A program made the position numbers and the translations under genes. From Verrucomicrobiota bacterium (GTDB lineage Bacteria; Verrucomicrobiota; Verrucomicrobiia; Limisphaerales; Palsa-1400): a stretch of DNA of 64,000 bases. Shown one piece after another: positions 37,454 to 47,536 of this stretch. The stretch is from NCBI GenBank assembly GCA_049510745.1, contig JBEKYR010000004.1, positions 96,001-160,000 on the forward strand, given 5' to 3'. Within the stretch, counting starts at the first letter, position 1; each line of letters begins with the position of its first letter. The notes beneath the pieces are model-generated. The model made no database searches and was not told where the DNA came from. It saw nothing but the letters and a program-made list of their open reading frames with translations.

Positions 37454-40324
37454 ATGGGAGATGCTGAAATAGGACCCGCCAACGGACCGGCCAGGAAGAA
37501 ATATGTGCGCGCCATTGGCCCGCGCCTGCGCGTGCTGTTGTATTTCATTTTCGGCCTCATTGCCATCCTGGCCGCCAATTCCGTCTATCTCAGCGCCGTC
37601 ACCTTTCTCGAATGGCTCAAGAGCGACCCCGACACCAGCTACCAAAACTGGTTCTACATGGTGATGTTTGGAACGCACCTTGGCCTCGGTCTGTTGATCG
37701 TCCTGCCCATTGTCGTCTTCGGCGCCTTGCACATCAAAAATGCGCATGACCGCCCGAATCGCCGCGCCGCCAAGGTCGGCTACCTGCTTTTCTTCACGAC
37801 GCTGGTGGTCCTGGTCACCGGCCTGCTGTTGACGCGCGTTGACCTCTTCCATTTCAAGAACGTGGGGCTGAAGGACCCGCGCCTGCGTTCCATCGCCTAC
37901 TGGGCGCACGTGATCACACCTCTTGCGGCGGTCTGGCTTTACATCCTGCATCGGCTGGCTGGACCGCGGATCAAATGGAAACTCGGCTTGCGCTGGGGTG
38001 GCGCCGTCGGGGCGCTCACGGTTGGCATGGTGTTGTTGCACACGGCGCATCCGAGGAAAAACCAAATCGGCTCAACCGAAGGCAAAAAATATTTTGAACC
38101 GTCGCTGGCCCGGACGGCATCGGGGAATTTCATTCCGGCACGGACCTTGATGATGGACAGCTACTGCTTGAATTGCCATCAGGACGCGTACAAGGGGTGG
38201 TTTCACAGCGCGCACCATTTCAGCTCGTTCAACAACGCGCCGTATCTCTTCAGCGTGCGCGAGACCCGGCAGGTTTCACTCAAGCGCGACGGCAATGTGA
38301 AGGCAGCCCGCTGGTGCGCCGGGTGCCACGACGTGGTGCCATTCTTCAGCGGCGCCTTTGACGACCCCAATTTCGACGATGTGCATCATCCCACGGCTCA
38401 GGCGGGAATCACTTGCACCGCTTGCCACGCGATCACCCACGTCAACAGCACAAAAGGCAACGCGGATTACACCATTGACGAGCCGATTCACTATCCGTTC
38501 GCCTACAGCACCAATCGTGTGCTGCAATACGTCAACCAGCAATTGGTGAAAGCCAAGCCCGAGTTCCACAAGAAGACGTTCCTCAAGCCGTTCATGCGCA
38601 GCGCCGAGTTCTGTTCCACCTGCCACAAGGTCAGCATCCCCGGCGATCTGAATCACTACAAGGATTTCCTGCGCGGCCAGAATCATTACGACACCTATCT
38701 GTTGAGCGGTGTCTCGGGGCACGGCGCGCGCAGCTTTTACTATCCCGATCAGGCGAAACAGAACTGCGCCGCCTGCCACATGCCGTTGAAAGAATCCGAA
38801 GACTTCGGCGCGAATTTTTTCAATCCGACGAACCCTTCCGCCCGCTACATTCACGATCATCTTTTCCCGGGAGCCAACACGGGCATTCCATTCATTCGCA
38901 GCGACACCAACACCCTCAAAGCCGAGGAGGAATTCCTGAAAGGTTCGTTGCGCGTCGATATCTTCGGCCTCAAGGAAGGCGGTTCGATTGATGATCCGTT
39001 GACAGCGCCCTTGCGGCCCAAGGTGCCGATGCTCAAACGGGGACAGCGCTATTTGCTCGAAGTGGTGCTGCGCACGATGAAGGTCGGCCATCCGTTCACC
39101 CAGGGCACGGTGGATTCAAACGAGGTATGGGCGGATGGCAAAATAAAAAGCGGCGGAAAAATCGTCGGGCGCAGCGGCGGGCTTGGACCTCACAGGGAAG
39201 TGGATCCGTGGTCTCATTTCGTGAATGTCTATACGCTCGATCGCGACGGCAACCGCGTGGATCGCCGAAACCCGCAGGACATTTTCACGCCGCTCTACAA
39301 TCACCAGATTCCGCCCGGCGCGGGCCAGACTGTGCATTACGAATTCGTCGTTCCCGAAGATCAACGCGAGCCGCTGACTCTGGAGGTGAAACTGCAATAC
39401 CGCAAGTTCGACACGATCTACATGAACTACGTGTTCAACACGAACTATACCCGCGGCGCGCCGTTCACGGTGACGAATGACCTGCCCATCGTAACGATCG
39501 CCATGGACAAGATCACTTTCCCCGTCGAAGGCGTCAGCACAGTCGTAACCAATGAAGATTCCAAAATTCCGGGGTGGCAGCGCTGGAATGATTACGGCAT
39601 CGGTCTGTTTTCCGAGGGGAACGTCGGCGCCGAAAAAGGCGAATTAATCCAGGCCGAAGCGGCTTTCGAGCAGGTGGAGAAGCTCGGCCGAGCCGACGGT
39701 CCGGTGAATTTGGCGCGGGTTTACTTCAAGGAAGGCCGCCTGGACGACGCTGTCGCCGCGCTGCGACGCGCCGCGAGCTTTGATCCACCGGCTCCACGAT
39801 GGACCGTGGCGTGGTTCAACGGCTTGGTGGACAAACAAAACGGTTTTCTCGACAAAGCCATTACCGAATTCCGCAGCATTCTGGAAGATCGTTACGACGA
39901 ACTCGAACAACGGCGCTTCGATTTCAGCAAGGATTACGAAGTTCTCAACGAACTCGGCCAGGCTTGCTACGAACGGGCAAAAATGGAGCGCGGCAATCCG
40001 GAACGACAAAAGGAGTTTTTGAATCTCGCTGTCGAATCCTTCAAAAAAACCCTGGCGATTGATTCGGAAAACCTGACGGCTCACTATACGCTGGCGCTGA
40101 TTTATGCGCAGCTCGGCGACGAGGAGAAGGCCTCCTACCATAGGCAAGAGCATAGGAAGTATCTTCCGGACTACAACGCGCAAGACCGGGCGGTCAGCCT
40201 CGCCCGGCGCGCGGACCCCGCCGCTGATCACGCCGCCCAGGCAACAGTGATCTATCCGCTGCAACGGCCCGGCGCACCGGAACTGGATGAGTCCTATCGC
40301 GCGTTGCCGGCGGCTCTGAAATGA
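37454..40324 (+). CDS. Membrane-bound pentaheme cytochrome c with N-terminal cytochrome b-like TM domain and C-terminal TPR
   Basis: 5 TM helices with 4 His; CLNCH, CAGCH, CTACH, CSTCH, CAACH; TPR helices. Confidence 0.88.
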   Translation: MGDAEIGPANGPARKKYVRAIGPRLRVLLYFIFGLIAILAANSVYLSAVTFLEWLKSDPDTSYQNWFYMVMFGTHLGLGLLIVLPIVVFGALHIKNAHDRPNRRAAKVGYLLFFTTLVVLVTGLLLTRVDLFHFKNVGLKDPRLRSIAYWAHVITPLAAVWLYILHRLAGPRIKWKLGLRWGGAVGALTVGMVLLHTAHPRKNQIGSTEGKKYFEPSLARTASGNFIPARTLMMDSYCLNCHQDAYKGWFHSAHHFSSFNNAPYLFSVRETRQVSLKRDGNVKAARWCAGCHDVVPFFSGAFDDPNFDDVHHPTAQAGITCTACHAITHVNSTKGNADYTIDEPIHYPFAYSTNRVLQYVNQQLVKAKPEFHKKTFLKPFMRSAEFCSTCHKVSIPGDLNHYKDFLRGQNHYDTYLLSGVSGHGARSFYYPDQAKQNCAACHMPLKESEDFGANFFNPTNPSARYIHDHLFPGANTGIPFIRSDTNTLKAEEEFLKGSLRVDIFGLKEGGSIDDPLTAPLRPKVPMLKRGQRYLLEVVLRTMKVGHPFTQGTVDSNEVWADGKIKSGGKIVGRSGGLGPHREVDPWSHFVNVYTLDRDGNRVDRRNPQDIFTPLYNHQIPPGAGQTVHYEFVVPEDQREPLTLEVKLQYRKFDTIYMNYVFNTNYTRGAPFTVTNDLPIVTIAMDKITFPVEGVSTVVTNEDSKIPGWQRWNDYGIGLFSEGNVGAEKGELIQAEAAFEQVEKLGRADGPVNLARVYFKEGRLDDAVAALRRAASFDPPAPRWTVAWFNGLVDKQNGFLDKAITEFRSILEDRYDELEQRRFDFSKDYEVLNELGQACYERAKMERGNPERQKEFLNLAVESFKKTLAIDSENLTAHYTLALIYAQLGDEEKASYHRQEHRKYLPDYNAQDRAVSLARRADPAADHAAQATVIYPLQRPGAPELDESYRALPAALK

Positions 40325-40331
40325 TTGAGTT

Positions 40332-42197
40332 GTGAACAATAAGCCATCGCCTCCAACTTCACCCGAAACCGAAGAAGAACTGGTTCACGCCGATGACAGA
40401 ATCATTGGCAAAGCGGTTCGCTGGTCTCTGTGCGGGCTTGTTCTCGTTGCCGTTGTGGTGGGAGCAACCATCCTGGCACTCAAACGAAAACCGGCGCCGC
40501 GCCCGCCGCAGATCACCCGGTTGAGCGCTCCCGTCGCTCCCGAAACGCCGCAGGCCGGGATTCCGGTCGCGAAGTTCACGGATATCACCAAAGAAGCCGG
40601 CATCACGTTCGTTCACGTCAACGGCGCTTATGGCGAAAAACTGTTGCCGGAAACCATGGGCGGCGGTGTGGCCTTCTTTGATTTCGATGGCGACGGCAAC
40701 CAGGATCTGTTGTTTATCAACTCGTGTTACTGGCCGTGGCACACGCCCGAAGGCAAGCCCGCGCCCACTATGGCGCTCTATCACAACGACGGGCATGGTC
40801 ACTTTACGGATGTGACAAAGGGTTCAGGGCTGGACGTGAGTTTTTACGGGATGGGGGTTGCTATCGGAGATTACGACAATGACGGGCTGGACGACGTGTT
40901 CATCACGGCCGTTGGCGGCAACCATTTGTTCCATAACGAGGGCCACGGTAAATTCAAGGAGGTCACCGCGGAGACGGGTGTGGGCGGTTCAACCAACGAC
41001 TGGAGCACGTGCGCCGCGTTCTTTGATTATGACAATGACGGCAAGCTTGATCTTTTTGTCGGCAATTATGTCAAATGGTCGCGCGAGATTGATGCCGAGG
41101 TCGGCTACAAAATTGACGGCCGCACGCGCGCTTACGGTCAGCCGATGAATTTCCAGGGCGCTTTTCCGCGATTGTATCACAACGACGGCCACGGCCGTTT
41201 CACCGAGGTTTCCGCCCAAAGCGGATTACAGGTCAAAAATCCCGCGACCGGCGTGCCCGCCGCCAAAACTCTCGGCGTCGCCCCGGTGGACGTCAACAAC
41301 GATGGATGGGTTGACCTGGTGGTGGCCAACGACACTGTGCCGAATCTTGTTTTCATCAACCAGCACGACGGGACTTTCAAAGAGATCGGCGCAGAATCCG
41401 GCGTTGCCTTTGACAGCTACGGCAACACGCGCGGCGCGATGGGCATTGACGCGGCTTATTACCGGAACGACGGCAAGCTGGGCATCGCCATCGGCAATTT
41501 CGCAAATGAGATGACGGCTCTTTACGTCGCGCAAAATTCGCCGGCCACTTTTTCCGACGAGGCCATCACCGAAGGCGTCGGTCCGGACAGCCGGCGGTTC
41601 CTTAAATTCGGCCTGTTCTTTTTCGACTACGACTTGGACGGAAGGCTCGACCTGCTCACCGCCAACGGGCATTTGGAAGAAGAGATCAGCAAAATTCAAG
41701 CGAGCCAGACCTACGCGCAACCGGCGCAATTGTTTTGGAACGCCGGCGATCAGAGCCGTGGTTGCTTCGTTGTCGTTCCACCAGAAAAGGCCGGCGCCGA
41801 TCTTTTCAAGCCGATCGTCGGGCGCGGTTCAGCCTTTGCTGATATTGACGGCGATGGCGACCTGGACGTTGTGCTCACGCAGGTGGGAGGTCCGCCGTTG
41901 CTGCTGCGCAATGACCAAGATCTTCACCACCATTGGATTCGCCTGAAACTCGTTGGCACGAAAAGCAACCGCGACGCCATCGGCGCCTGGATCACGGTGC
42001 GCGTCGATGGCCGCACCCTGCGGCGCCAAGTCATGCCGACGCGCAGTTATCTCTCCCAATCCGAATTGCCGGTCACCATTGGCCTCGGCGACGCGGTGAA
42101 ACCAGACGACGTCGAAATTCTCTGGCCTAGCGGGATCAAGCAGAAAGTCGAAGCGGTGGCGGTGGATCACCCGATGGCGGTCACCGAGCGTCCGTAG
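40332..42197 (+). CDS. CRTAC1-like FG-GAP/ASPIC-UnbV protein #2 (N-terminal TM anchor)
   Basis: Same motifs as #1, of which it is a close paralogue. Confidence 0.9.
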   Translation: MNNKPSPPTSPETEEELVHADDRIIGKAVRWSLCGLVLVAVVVGATILALKRKPAPRPPQITRLSAPVAPETPQAGIPVAKFTDITKEAGITFVHVNGAYGEKLLPETMGGGVAFFDFDGDGNQDLLFINSCYWPWHTPEGKPAPTMALYHNDGHGHFTDVTKGSGLDVSFYGMGVAIGDYDNDGLDDVFITAVGGNHLFHNEGHGKFKEVTAETGVGGSTNDWSTCAAFFDYDNDGKLDLFVGNYVKWSREIDAEVGYKIDGRTRAYGQPMNFQGAFPRLYHNDGHGRFTEVSAQSGLQVKNPATGVPAAKTLGVAPVDVNNDGWVDLVVANDTVPNLVFINQHDGTFKEIGAESGVAFDSYGNTRGAMGIDAAYYRNDGKLGIAIGNFANEMTALYVAQNSPATFSDEAITEGVGPDSRRFLKFGLFFFDYDLDGRLDLLTANGHLEEEISKIQASQTYAQPAQLFWNAGDQSRGCFVVVPPEKAGADLFKPIVGRGSAFADIDGDGDLDVVLTQVGGPPLLLRNDQDLHHHWIRLKLVGTKSNRDAIGAWITVRVDGRTLRRQVMPTRSYLSQSELPVTIGLGDAVKPDDVEILWPSGIKQKVEAVAVDHPMAVTERP

Positions 42198-42648
42198 GCG
42201 TTGGCGCGCGGATTTCCGAGTGGCGGATTTGTCCGCCGAGGTTTGCCGTCCAGATCAGGATAAGGCCTACGATCACTGTTGCGAACAACATCGTGATCCC
42301 GAACCAACGAGCGGGGGTTCTGTCCCGAAAGAGAAGCAATCCGGCCAATGCGATGACGCCGAGCAGGCTGCAACCTGCCAATGCCAATGCTGCCACCGTT
42401 TGATGCCGTTCAAGAATGGTATCTACAAATCCCGGCAAGCCCTTCACGGCGCCTGACGCTGGTTTCCCCGTCAGATACAGAGGCAAAGTCAAGACGGCTG
42501 CCGCCACGATTGTTGCCAGCGCGATCTTTTGGTCTTCAGAATTGCCGCGCCACAGACCGATGATCAGCAAGACGAATGCAAAGAGAATTGCCATAATTGG
42601 CGCGTGACACAGGAGCAAATGAATGTGAGCGGCGGTGACTGTGTTCAT
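42181..42648 (-). CDS. Small 4-TM His-containing membrane protein (DUF2231-like)
   Basis: HIHLLLCHAPI, YLTG, ERH, TANLGGQIRH.EIR. Confidence 0.65.
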   Translation of the reverse strand: MNTVTAAHIHLLLCHAPIMAILFAFVLLIIGLWRGNSEDQKIALATIVAAAVLTLPLYLTGKPASGAVKGLPGFVDTILERHQTVAALALAGCSLLGVIALAGLLLFRDRTPARWFGITMLFATVIVGLILIWTANLGGQIRHSEIRAPTPTDAR

Positions 42649-42671
42649 GAGTTATACTCGCTTCTGGTTGG

Positions 42672-43271
42672 CTAAAACTCCAGCGGCACACGGACGATCA
42701 GGCCGCCCATGACATCGCCGGTCTTGAAATCCTTCCTCGGGTTGGCGGCATTCCGATTATGGCAATCGGCACAGGCGTTGACGGTGGCCGCCTCGGCATA
42801 GACGGCGGTGAAATAACGGCGGCCGCCGAGCGATTCCCCGGCATAATAATTCGTGCCGGGATGATCGGCGACGAATCGCAAGCCGGTTTTTTCCGTGTCG
42901 GTTTCCGGTCCGTTCTTTGGATTGATCGGCCACAGGGAGCGAAGGACGTAGTGGAACTCAGCACCCTGCTGTTGAACGGCTTCGGATGCCTGGCGCAGCA
43001 TCCGGGCGTGCATGGCCATGAGGACTTCGTCCGGCCCCGGCGCGCCGCCCGGCGGGCAGGCTTGCAAGACCAGCCGGCCATAGGTTTCCTGGTCGGCGGC
43101 AATCACGGCATGAAGAGCATCGGCCATCTCCTGCGGCTTGAATGCCACCGCCGGTTCCGGCGGCGGCGGGGCCTGTTTGGCTGGTTGCTGCCCGCAACCG
43201 GCGCCGGCCAGGAAAACCAGGCCCGCCAGGGTGAAACCGGGGAAATTGGCTGCTGTTTTTATTTTGTTCAT
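42672..43271 (-). CDS. DUF3365 (Tll0287-like) monoheme lipoprotein
   Basis: Lipobox-like AGAGC; LRSLWPINP.N.P, CADCHN, F..GDVMGG. Confidence 0.85.
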   Translation of the reverse strand: MNKIKTAANFPGFTLAGLVFLAGAGCGQQPAKQAPPPPEPAVAFKPQEMADALHAVIAADQETYGRLVLQACPPGGAPGPDEVLMAMHARMLRQASEAVQQQGAEFHYVLRSLWPINPKNGPETDTEKTGLRFVADHPGTNYYAGESLGGRRYFTAVYAEAATVNACADCHNRNAANPRKDFKTGDVMGGLIVRVPLEF

Positions 43272-44380
43272 GGTCTTTGTTCGTTGTTCGCTTCCGCAGG
43301 AAGGAACCGCCCGCCATGCGCTTTTAACAACTGAAGGTTTGCCTCTCGATTGCCCTGCGAGTCAAAAACAAAAATTCCGGACGCGCCGGTGAAGGAAAAG
43401 TCAATTGGAAAAGCCTCATGCGCCGGACGACCGCCGCTTTGCCGCAGTATGCGGATCAACAACGCCGCCGCGTCGTAAGCCGCCGCAGCCGTCGCGTCCG
43501 GCTCGTGGCCGAAACGCCCGCGGAAGGCGGCGGTGAAACGGTGGAACGCGGCAGTAGCATCCGGTTCCAAAACGGGGGCGGATACTACAAATCCTTCCAT
43601 GGCGTCACCCGCGGTTATCGCGAAGTCAGCCGCGCGCAACCGGCCCGGCCCGGCCAGCGTGCCGGTGAACCCGGCGGTTCGCAATGCTCTCGCCAGTTTC
43701 CCGGCCGCCGCCGGATCCAGCCAGAGCAGAACGGCGTCGGGATGAGTCGCCAGGATTTTTTTGTCAAGCCGGGCCAGGTTTGTGAACGACGGATTCAGGT
43801 CAATTATTATCTCAAGGGTGCAATCACTGTTGGTCGCGGTTTCCCCAAGGTCGCGGGCCGATTCGCGTCCGCCGCGTCCGTCGCGAACCACGGCGGTCCA
43901 ATGGCGGGCAGGGATGCGGGTGAACAGCGTTTTTGCCTCCTCGATGGTGCGGGGAACAACGCGCGCCATCCAAGGGACGCCTGTGTGACTGACAGAAGAG
44001 TCGGCACAGAGAGACATCACCGGCACAGCCGTGCGGCCGGACACCTGCAACACCAAATGCGTGGCCGCGCCATCCGGCGGCGCAATCAAGCCCAGCGCGC
44101 CGTCGTCGGTGACCATCCGGGCGGCTTCCACGCCGTCCGCGCCCCATTGCCCGGAACGTCCGCGAATCACCAGGCTCGCGCGCGGTCCGGGAGATTGATT
44201 GGCCACCTCCACACCGAGCGTCGCGCCCTCACGCAGGCCGGCGGCCTGGGGTTCCTCGGGCGGGACGAGCAGGCCGATGACGAGGTTGGGATTTTGCGCA
44301 ACCGCTTCACCCGCATGCAAACACGCCGCGCCTGCCATCAGGGCAATGGCGGCAACGGTGGAACGCGCGTTGAAGTGCAT
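43268..44380 (-). CDS. Type-1 periplasmic binding protein (LivJ-like), orphan
   Basis: Signal peptide; IGLL.P...G..L.VE.AN, F...F..RFG..P...AA.AYDA, FTGASG...FD..GNR. Confidence 0.85.
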   Translation of the reverse strand: MHFNARSTVAAIALMAGAACLHAGEAVAQNPNLVIGLLVPPEEPQAAGLREGATLGVEVANQSPGPRASLVIRGRSGQWGADGVEAARMVTDDGALGLIAPPDGAATHLVLQVSGRTAVPVMSLCADSSVSHTGVPWMARVVPRTIEEAKTLFTRIPARHWTAVVRDGRGGRESARDLGETATNSDCTLEIIIDLNPSFTNLARLDKKILATHPDAVLLWLDPAAAGKLARALRTAGFTGTLAGPGRLRAADFAITAGDAMEGFVVSAPVLEPDATAAFHRFTAAFRGRFGHEPDATAAAAYDAAALLIRILRQSGGRPAHEAFPIDFSFTGASGIFVFDSQGNREANLQLLKAHGGRFLPAEANNEQRP

Positions 44381-44383
44381 CCC

Positions 44384-45763
44384 TTACTTCGCCGCGGTCT
44401 TGACCGGCTTTGAGGTCGGCTCCGGGAAGTAATGCCAGCGGCCTTGCCGGTATTCGGCATAGACAATCGGCGCGATGTTGTCCCAGCGGCCGTCAAAGCG
44501 CATGTGACCGGTCACGCCGTTGTATTCGTCCGTGGCGGCCATCACGTCGCGGATGCGGTAGCGGTTCGGCCCGGCCTTCTTGATCGCGGCGATGAGCATT
44601 TGCGCGCCGTCGTAGCTGAAACCGGCGTAGATATCCGGCTTGATGCCGTAACGCTTTTCGAAGCGCGCCACAAAACCCGTCCACGCCGGGTCGGTTTTGT
44701 CCGGGTCGAAAAAGTAGGCTGCGGATGTTCCTTCCGCCGCCAAGCCGGCGAGTTTGACGAAATCCGGGTCCACGAGCCGGTCAAAGCCGTAGAACGCGGC
44801 CTTCACGCCCACCGCCCGCAGTTGCGCGGCCGCCGGGCCGGTCTCGGCGGCATTGCCCCAAAAGACGACGGCCTGAGGGTTCGCCTGTTTGATGACGGCC
44901 ACCTGCGTGTCGAACGTGCGGTCGCCGTCCTTGAAATTGATTTCCTGCAACACCGGATGGCCCAGCCGGCGCACGGCGTCCACAAAGGGCCGGACGCCCA
45001 TGCGGCCGGGACGGCTGTTGCCACGCAGCACCACGATGTTGGTCAGCCCGCGCTCCTCCACCATCAGCCGGGCCAGCAGATAACCCTGCTGCCGGTTGTC
45101 GGGAAAAACGCGCAACAGCCAGGGAATCTGCGTCTCGGTCAGCGAGGGATCGGGGTCGGAACAATTCACCATGAACGTCTCGATTTTCAACACCGCGCGG
45201 AGCGCGACGTGGGTGGCGTCGCCGTCAATCGTGCCGAGGAATGCCAGCACATTAGTGTCGGCGAATTCGACCGCGATGTTCGCGGCGCTGCCCCACTGCG
45301 GCGAGTCGGCTTTGGCGATAAGCTCGAAAGGCAGTTCGCCGGGCTGGCGCGCGGCATTGGCTTCCTCGAGGGCCAGCGTGACACCGCGTTTGGTCATTTC
45401 GCCGCGCGCGGCTTCCGGGCCATCGGGTGCCGGACTGAGCAGCCCGACCCGGAGCGTTTTCAAGTCGGGCGGAGCGGGATAATCCCGGCCTGGCCCGTAG
45501 AAATTCAGGCGCGTCAGCCAGTAACGGTAATAAGGTTCGATGTTGCGATAGGGCAACATTTCCTCCGGCACGTTTCCGTAGAAGGGATAGACACCTCCGT
45601 AGAACGGATAGCCCTTGTCGGGCTTCTGCGCTGCTGGCGCGCCTGGCGGCAGGACCGGTTCGGCGATATAGTTGGTGTTGGTATCCTCCTTGTCTTCGTA
45701 GGCGCACCAACCGGCCGGCGCGACGGCCAGCGCACAGATCGCCATCAGGAATACTTTTTTCAT
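44384..45763 (-). CDS. Type-1 periplasmic binding protein (LivJ-like) with Tyr/Pro-rich N-terminal extension, orphan
   Basis: G..LALEEANA, LTE...PW..R..P, F...F..RYG..P......SYDG, GVTG...FD. Confidence 0.85.
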   Translation of the reverse strand: MKKVFLMAICALAVAPAGWCAYEDKEDTNTNYIAEPVLPPGAPAAQKPDKGYPFYGGVYPFYGNVPEEMLPYRNIEPYYRYWLTRLNFYGPGRDYPAPPDLKTLRVGLLSPAPDGPEAARGEMTKRGVTLALEEANAARQPGELPFELIAKADSPQWGSAANIAVEFADTNVLAFLGTIDGDATHVALRAVLKIETFMVNCSDPDPSLTETQIPWLLRVFPDNRQQGYLLARLMVEERGLTNIVVLRGNSRPGRMGVRPFVDAVRRLGHPVLQEINFKDGDRTFDTQVAVIKQANPQAVVFWGNAAETGPAAAQLRAVGVKAAFYGFDRLVDPDFVKLAGLAAEGTSAAYFFDPDKTDPAWTGFVARFEKRYGIKPDIYAGFSYDGAQMLIAAIKKAGPNRYRIRDVMAATDEYNGVTGHMRFDGRWDNIAPIVYAEYRQGRWHYFPEPTSKPVKTAAK

Positions 45764-45772
45764 GGATGCCTC

Positions 45773-46354
45773 CTATCCAACGAGAATGGCAATGGCTTCA
45801 ATTTCCACGAGCAGATCACTCCGGCAAAGTCTCCCCTGAACCCCGGTGCTGGCCGGGAACGGATCCAGTCCCAGCGCGCGGTAAAACTCGTTGCGGATGG
45901 AATTGAACTCGCCGTAGTCGCGCTCGATGTCGCGGATGTAGCAGGTCGTTCGGACGACGTCATGCCAGGTGGCTCCCTGGCTTTCGAGCAGCCCGGTCAG
46001 GTTGTGATAGGTGCGCCAGAGTTGGGCGCGGAAATCGCCGGGATACATCGTCTCGCCATCCGGGCCGACGCTGGCGGTGCCACTGAAGTAAAGTTGCGTG
46101 ATGCCGCCGGGCAGGTCCACGCGCAGGCCGCGCACGAAGGCCGCGCCATATTCCGGGGCTTCGTTCAAGACCTTCGGCTCGGCGATGGCTTTCTTGCCGA
46201 CCGGGGTCCGGCCTTTTGGCAAACGCTTGATGGCGCGGGGAGGGGATGGCTCGCAGGGAGGCAGCCCGAGCGCGCGGCGCTCAATTTTTTCCGCGTCGGA
46301 ATAGTTGACAACCCGGTCCGCTTGACTGCCGGGAATGACAAAGTTCGTTTTCAT
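45773..46354 (-). CDS. YjgF/RidA-superfamily protein resembling the C-terminal domain of FkbO/Hyg5 chorismatases
   Basis: AF.RG, SGTAS, GD..AQ..RT..N, LCR.DLLVEIEA; GAAAGG SD upstream of this ATG. Confidence 0.8.
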   Translation of the reverse strand: MKTNFVIPGSQADRVVNYSDAEKIERRALGLPPCEPSPPRAIKRLPKGRTPVGKKAIAEPKVLNEAPEYGAAFVRGLRVDLPGGITQLYFSGTASVGPDGETMYPGDFRAQLWRTYHNLTGLLESQGATWHDVVRTTCYIRDIERDYGEFNSIRNEFYRALGLDPFPASTGVQGRLCRSDLLVEIEAIAILVG

Positions 46355-46383
46355 AATGTTCGTTGACCTTTCTTGAATCATCG

Positions 46384-47517
46384 TTATTTGGCGTCCGCGA
46401 CCTTGGCGGGTTTCGGCGGAGCCGCGAAATAGGCGCGCGACAGCCCGTCGGAAGTGGCGAACCAGGCTTCGTGGTCGTCCACCCAGATGCCGAGGACAAA
46501 ATCATTCGGCAGCTTCGTGGACATCGTCCGTGTCTCGACGGTCTGGCCCGGGCGCGTGATTTCAACGATGCCTTCGCCCTTTTCGTTGGTGCGATAATTG
46601 ACCCAGGTGTCGCCGTCGGTCACGGAAAGGCCGCGGTCGGTGCCCACCCAGGCGACACGGCCATGCGGCCAGATGAAGTTGACGAAATTGGAGACGAGCG
46701 GCGATTTTTTCTCCTCCCAGGTGCGCCAGCGCGAGCCGTCGTAGCGCGCCATGCCAAAATAGGTGGCCTGCCAGAGAATGCCGTCCTCCCAGGCTACCCA
46801 GGAAGTGATGTCGCTAATCGGGCCGGCGTCATGCACCAACTCGAAATGAAAATCGCGGTCGGGGTCGCGGTGTTCCTTGAAAATCTTATTGGCCAGTTCG
46901 TATTCGAGAATGCCGCCGCCCCACACCCCCACGAAGATGCGGTCTTTCGCGCCTTTCACCGCATAGACCCACGGCTCGTGCATGACCGTGTTGCTCTGGT
47001 CAAAGATGGACCATTCCCCGGTCTTGAGATTCAATGCTCCCAAGCCCGCAGCGGTGGCGACCCAGAGCGTGTCGTCCAGGATGTCCACTCCATAAACCAC
47101 GTTGTTCGGCAGGCCGCTGTCGGTTTGCAGATAGCTGGTGATGCGTCCGGCGCTGTAGCGATTCAACCCGCGCATCGTGCCGATCCACATGTCGCCGGTG
47201 CGCTTGTCTTCCACCATGCACAAAACCATCTTGTGGCTCAGGCCGTCTTCGAAGCCGATGCGGCGAAACTTTCCGTCCTCGCGCACCAAGACGCCGTTGT
47301 AGGTGCCTACCCAGAGCTTGCCATCGCTGGCGCGCAAGACGCAGTGGGCCTTGTGGGTGGGCATTCCGTCCTTCATCTGGAAGTTTTCAAACCGGTCAAT
47401 CAACGGGAAGGGCAGGTCGTCCGTGCCCGTTGCCGCGGCGCGGACGCAGGGCGCGACCAGGAACAGGCAGAACGCCAACCCGGCCGTGAGGATTAGTGAA
47501 CTTAACTTGGTTTTCAT
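46384..47517 (-). CDS. Secreted beta-propeller made of two-component-regulator propeller repeats
   Basis: Signal peptide; repeated GL....V..+..D..G.+W+GT..GL motifs; no kinase domain. Confidence 0.85.
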   Translation of the reverse strand: MKTKLSSLILTAGLAFCLFLVAPCVRAAATGTDDLPFPLIDRFENFQMKDGMPTHKAHCVLRASDGKLWVGTYNGVLVREDGKFRRIGFEDGLSHKMVLCMVEDKRTGDMWIGTMRGLNRYSAGRITSYLQTDSGLPNNVVYGVDILDDTLWVATAAGLGALNLKTGEWSIFDQSNTVMHEPWVYAVKGAKDRIFVGVWGGGILEYELANKIFKEHRDPDRDFHFELVHDAGPISDITSWVAWEDGILWQATYFGMARYDGSRWRTWEEKKSPLVSNFVNFIWPHGRVAWVGTDRGLSVTDGDTWVNYRTNEKGEGIVEITRPGQTVETRTMSTKLPNDFVLGIWVDDHEAWFATSDGLSRAYFAAPPKPAKVADAK

Positions 47518-47536
47518 GGTATGCATTCCTCCGGGT

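Noticed and set aside
36027..40324. MtrAB-type porin-cytochrome conduit
   Set aside because: The cytochrome is an inner-membrane polytopic pentaheme rather than a soluble decaheme, and the barrel is too short for MtrB.
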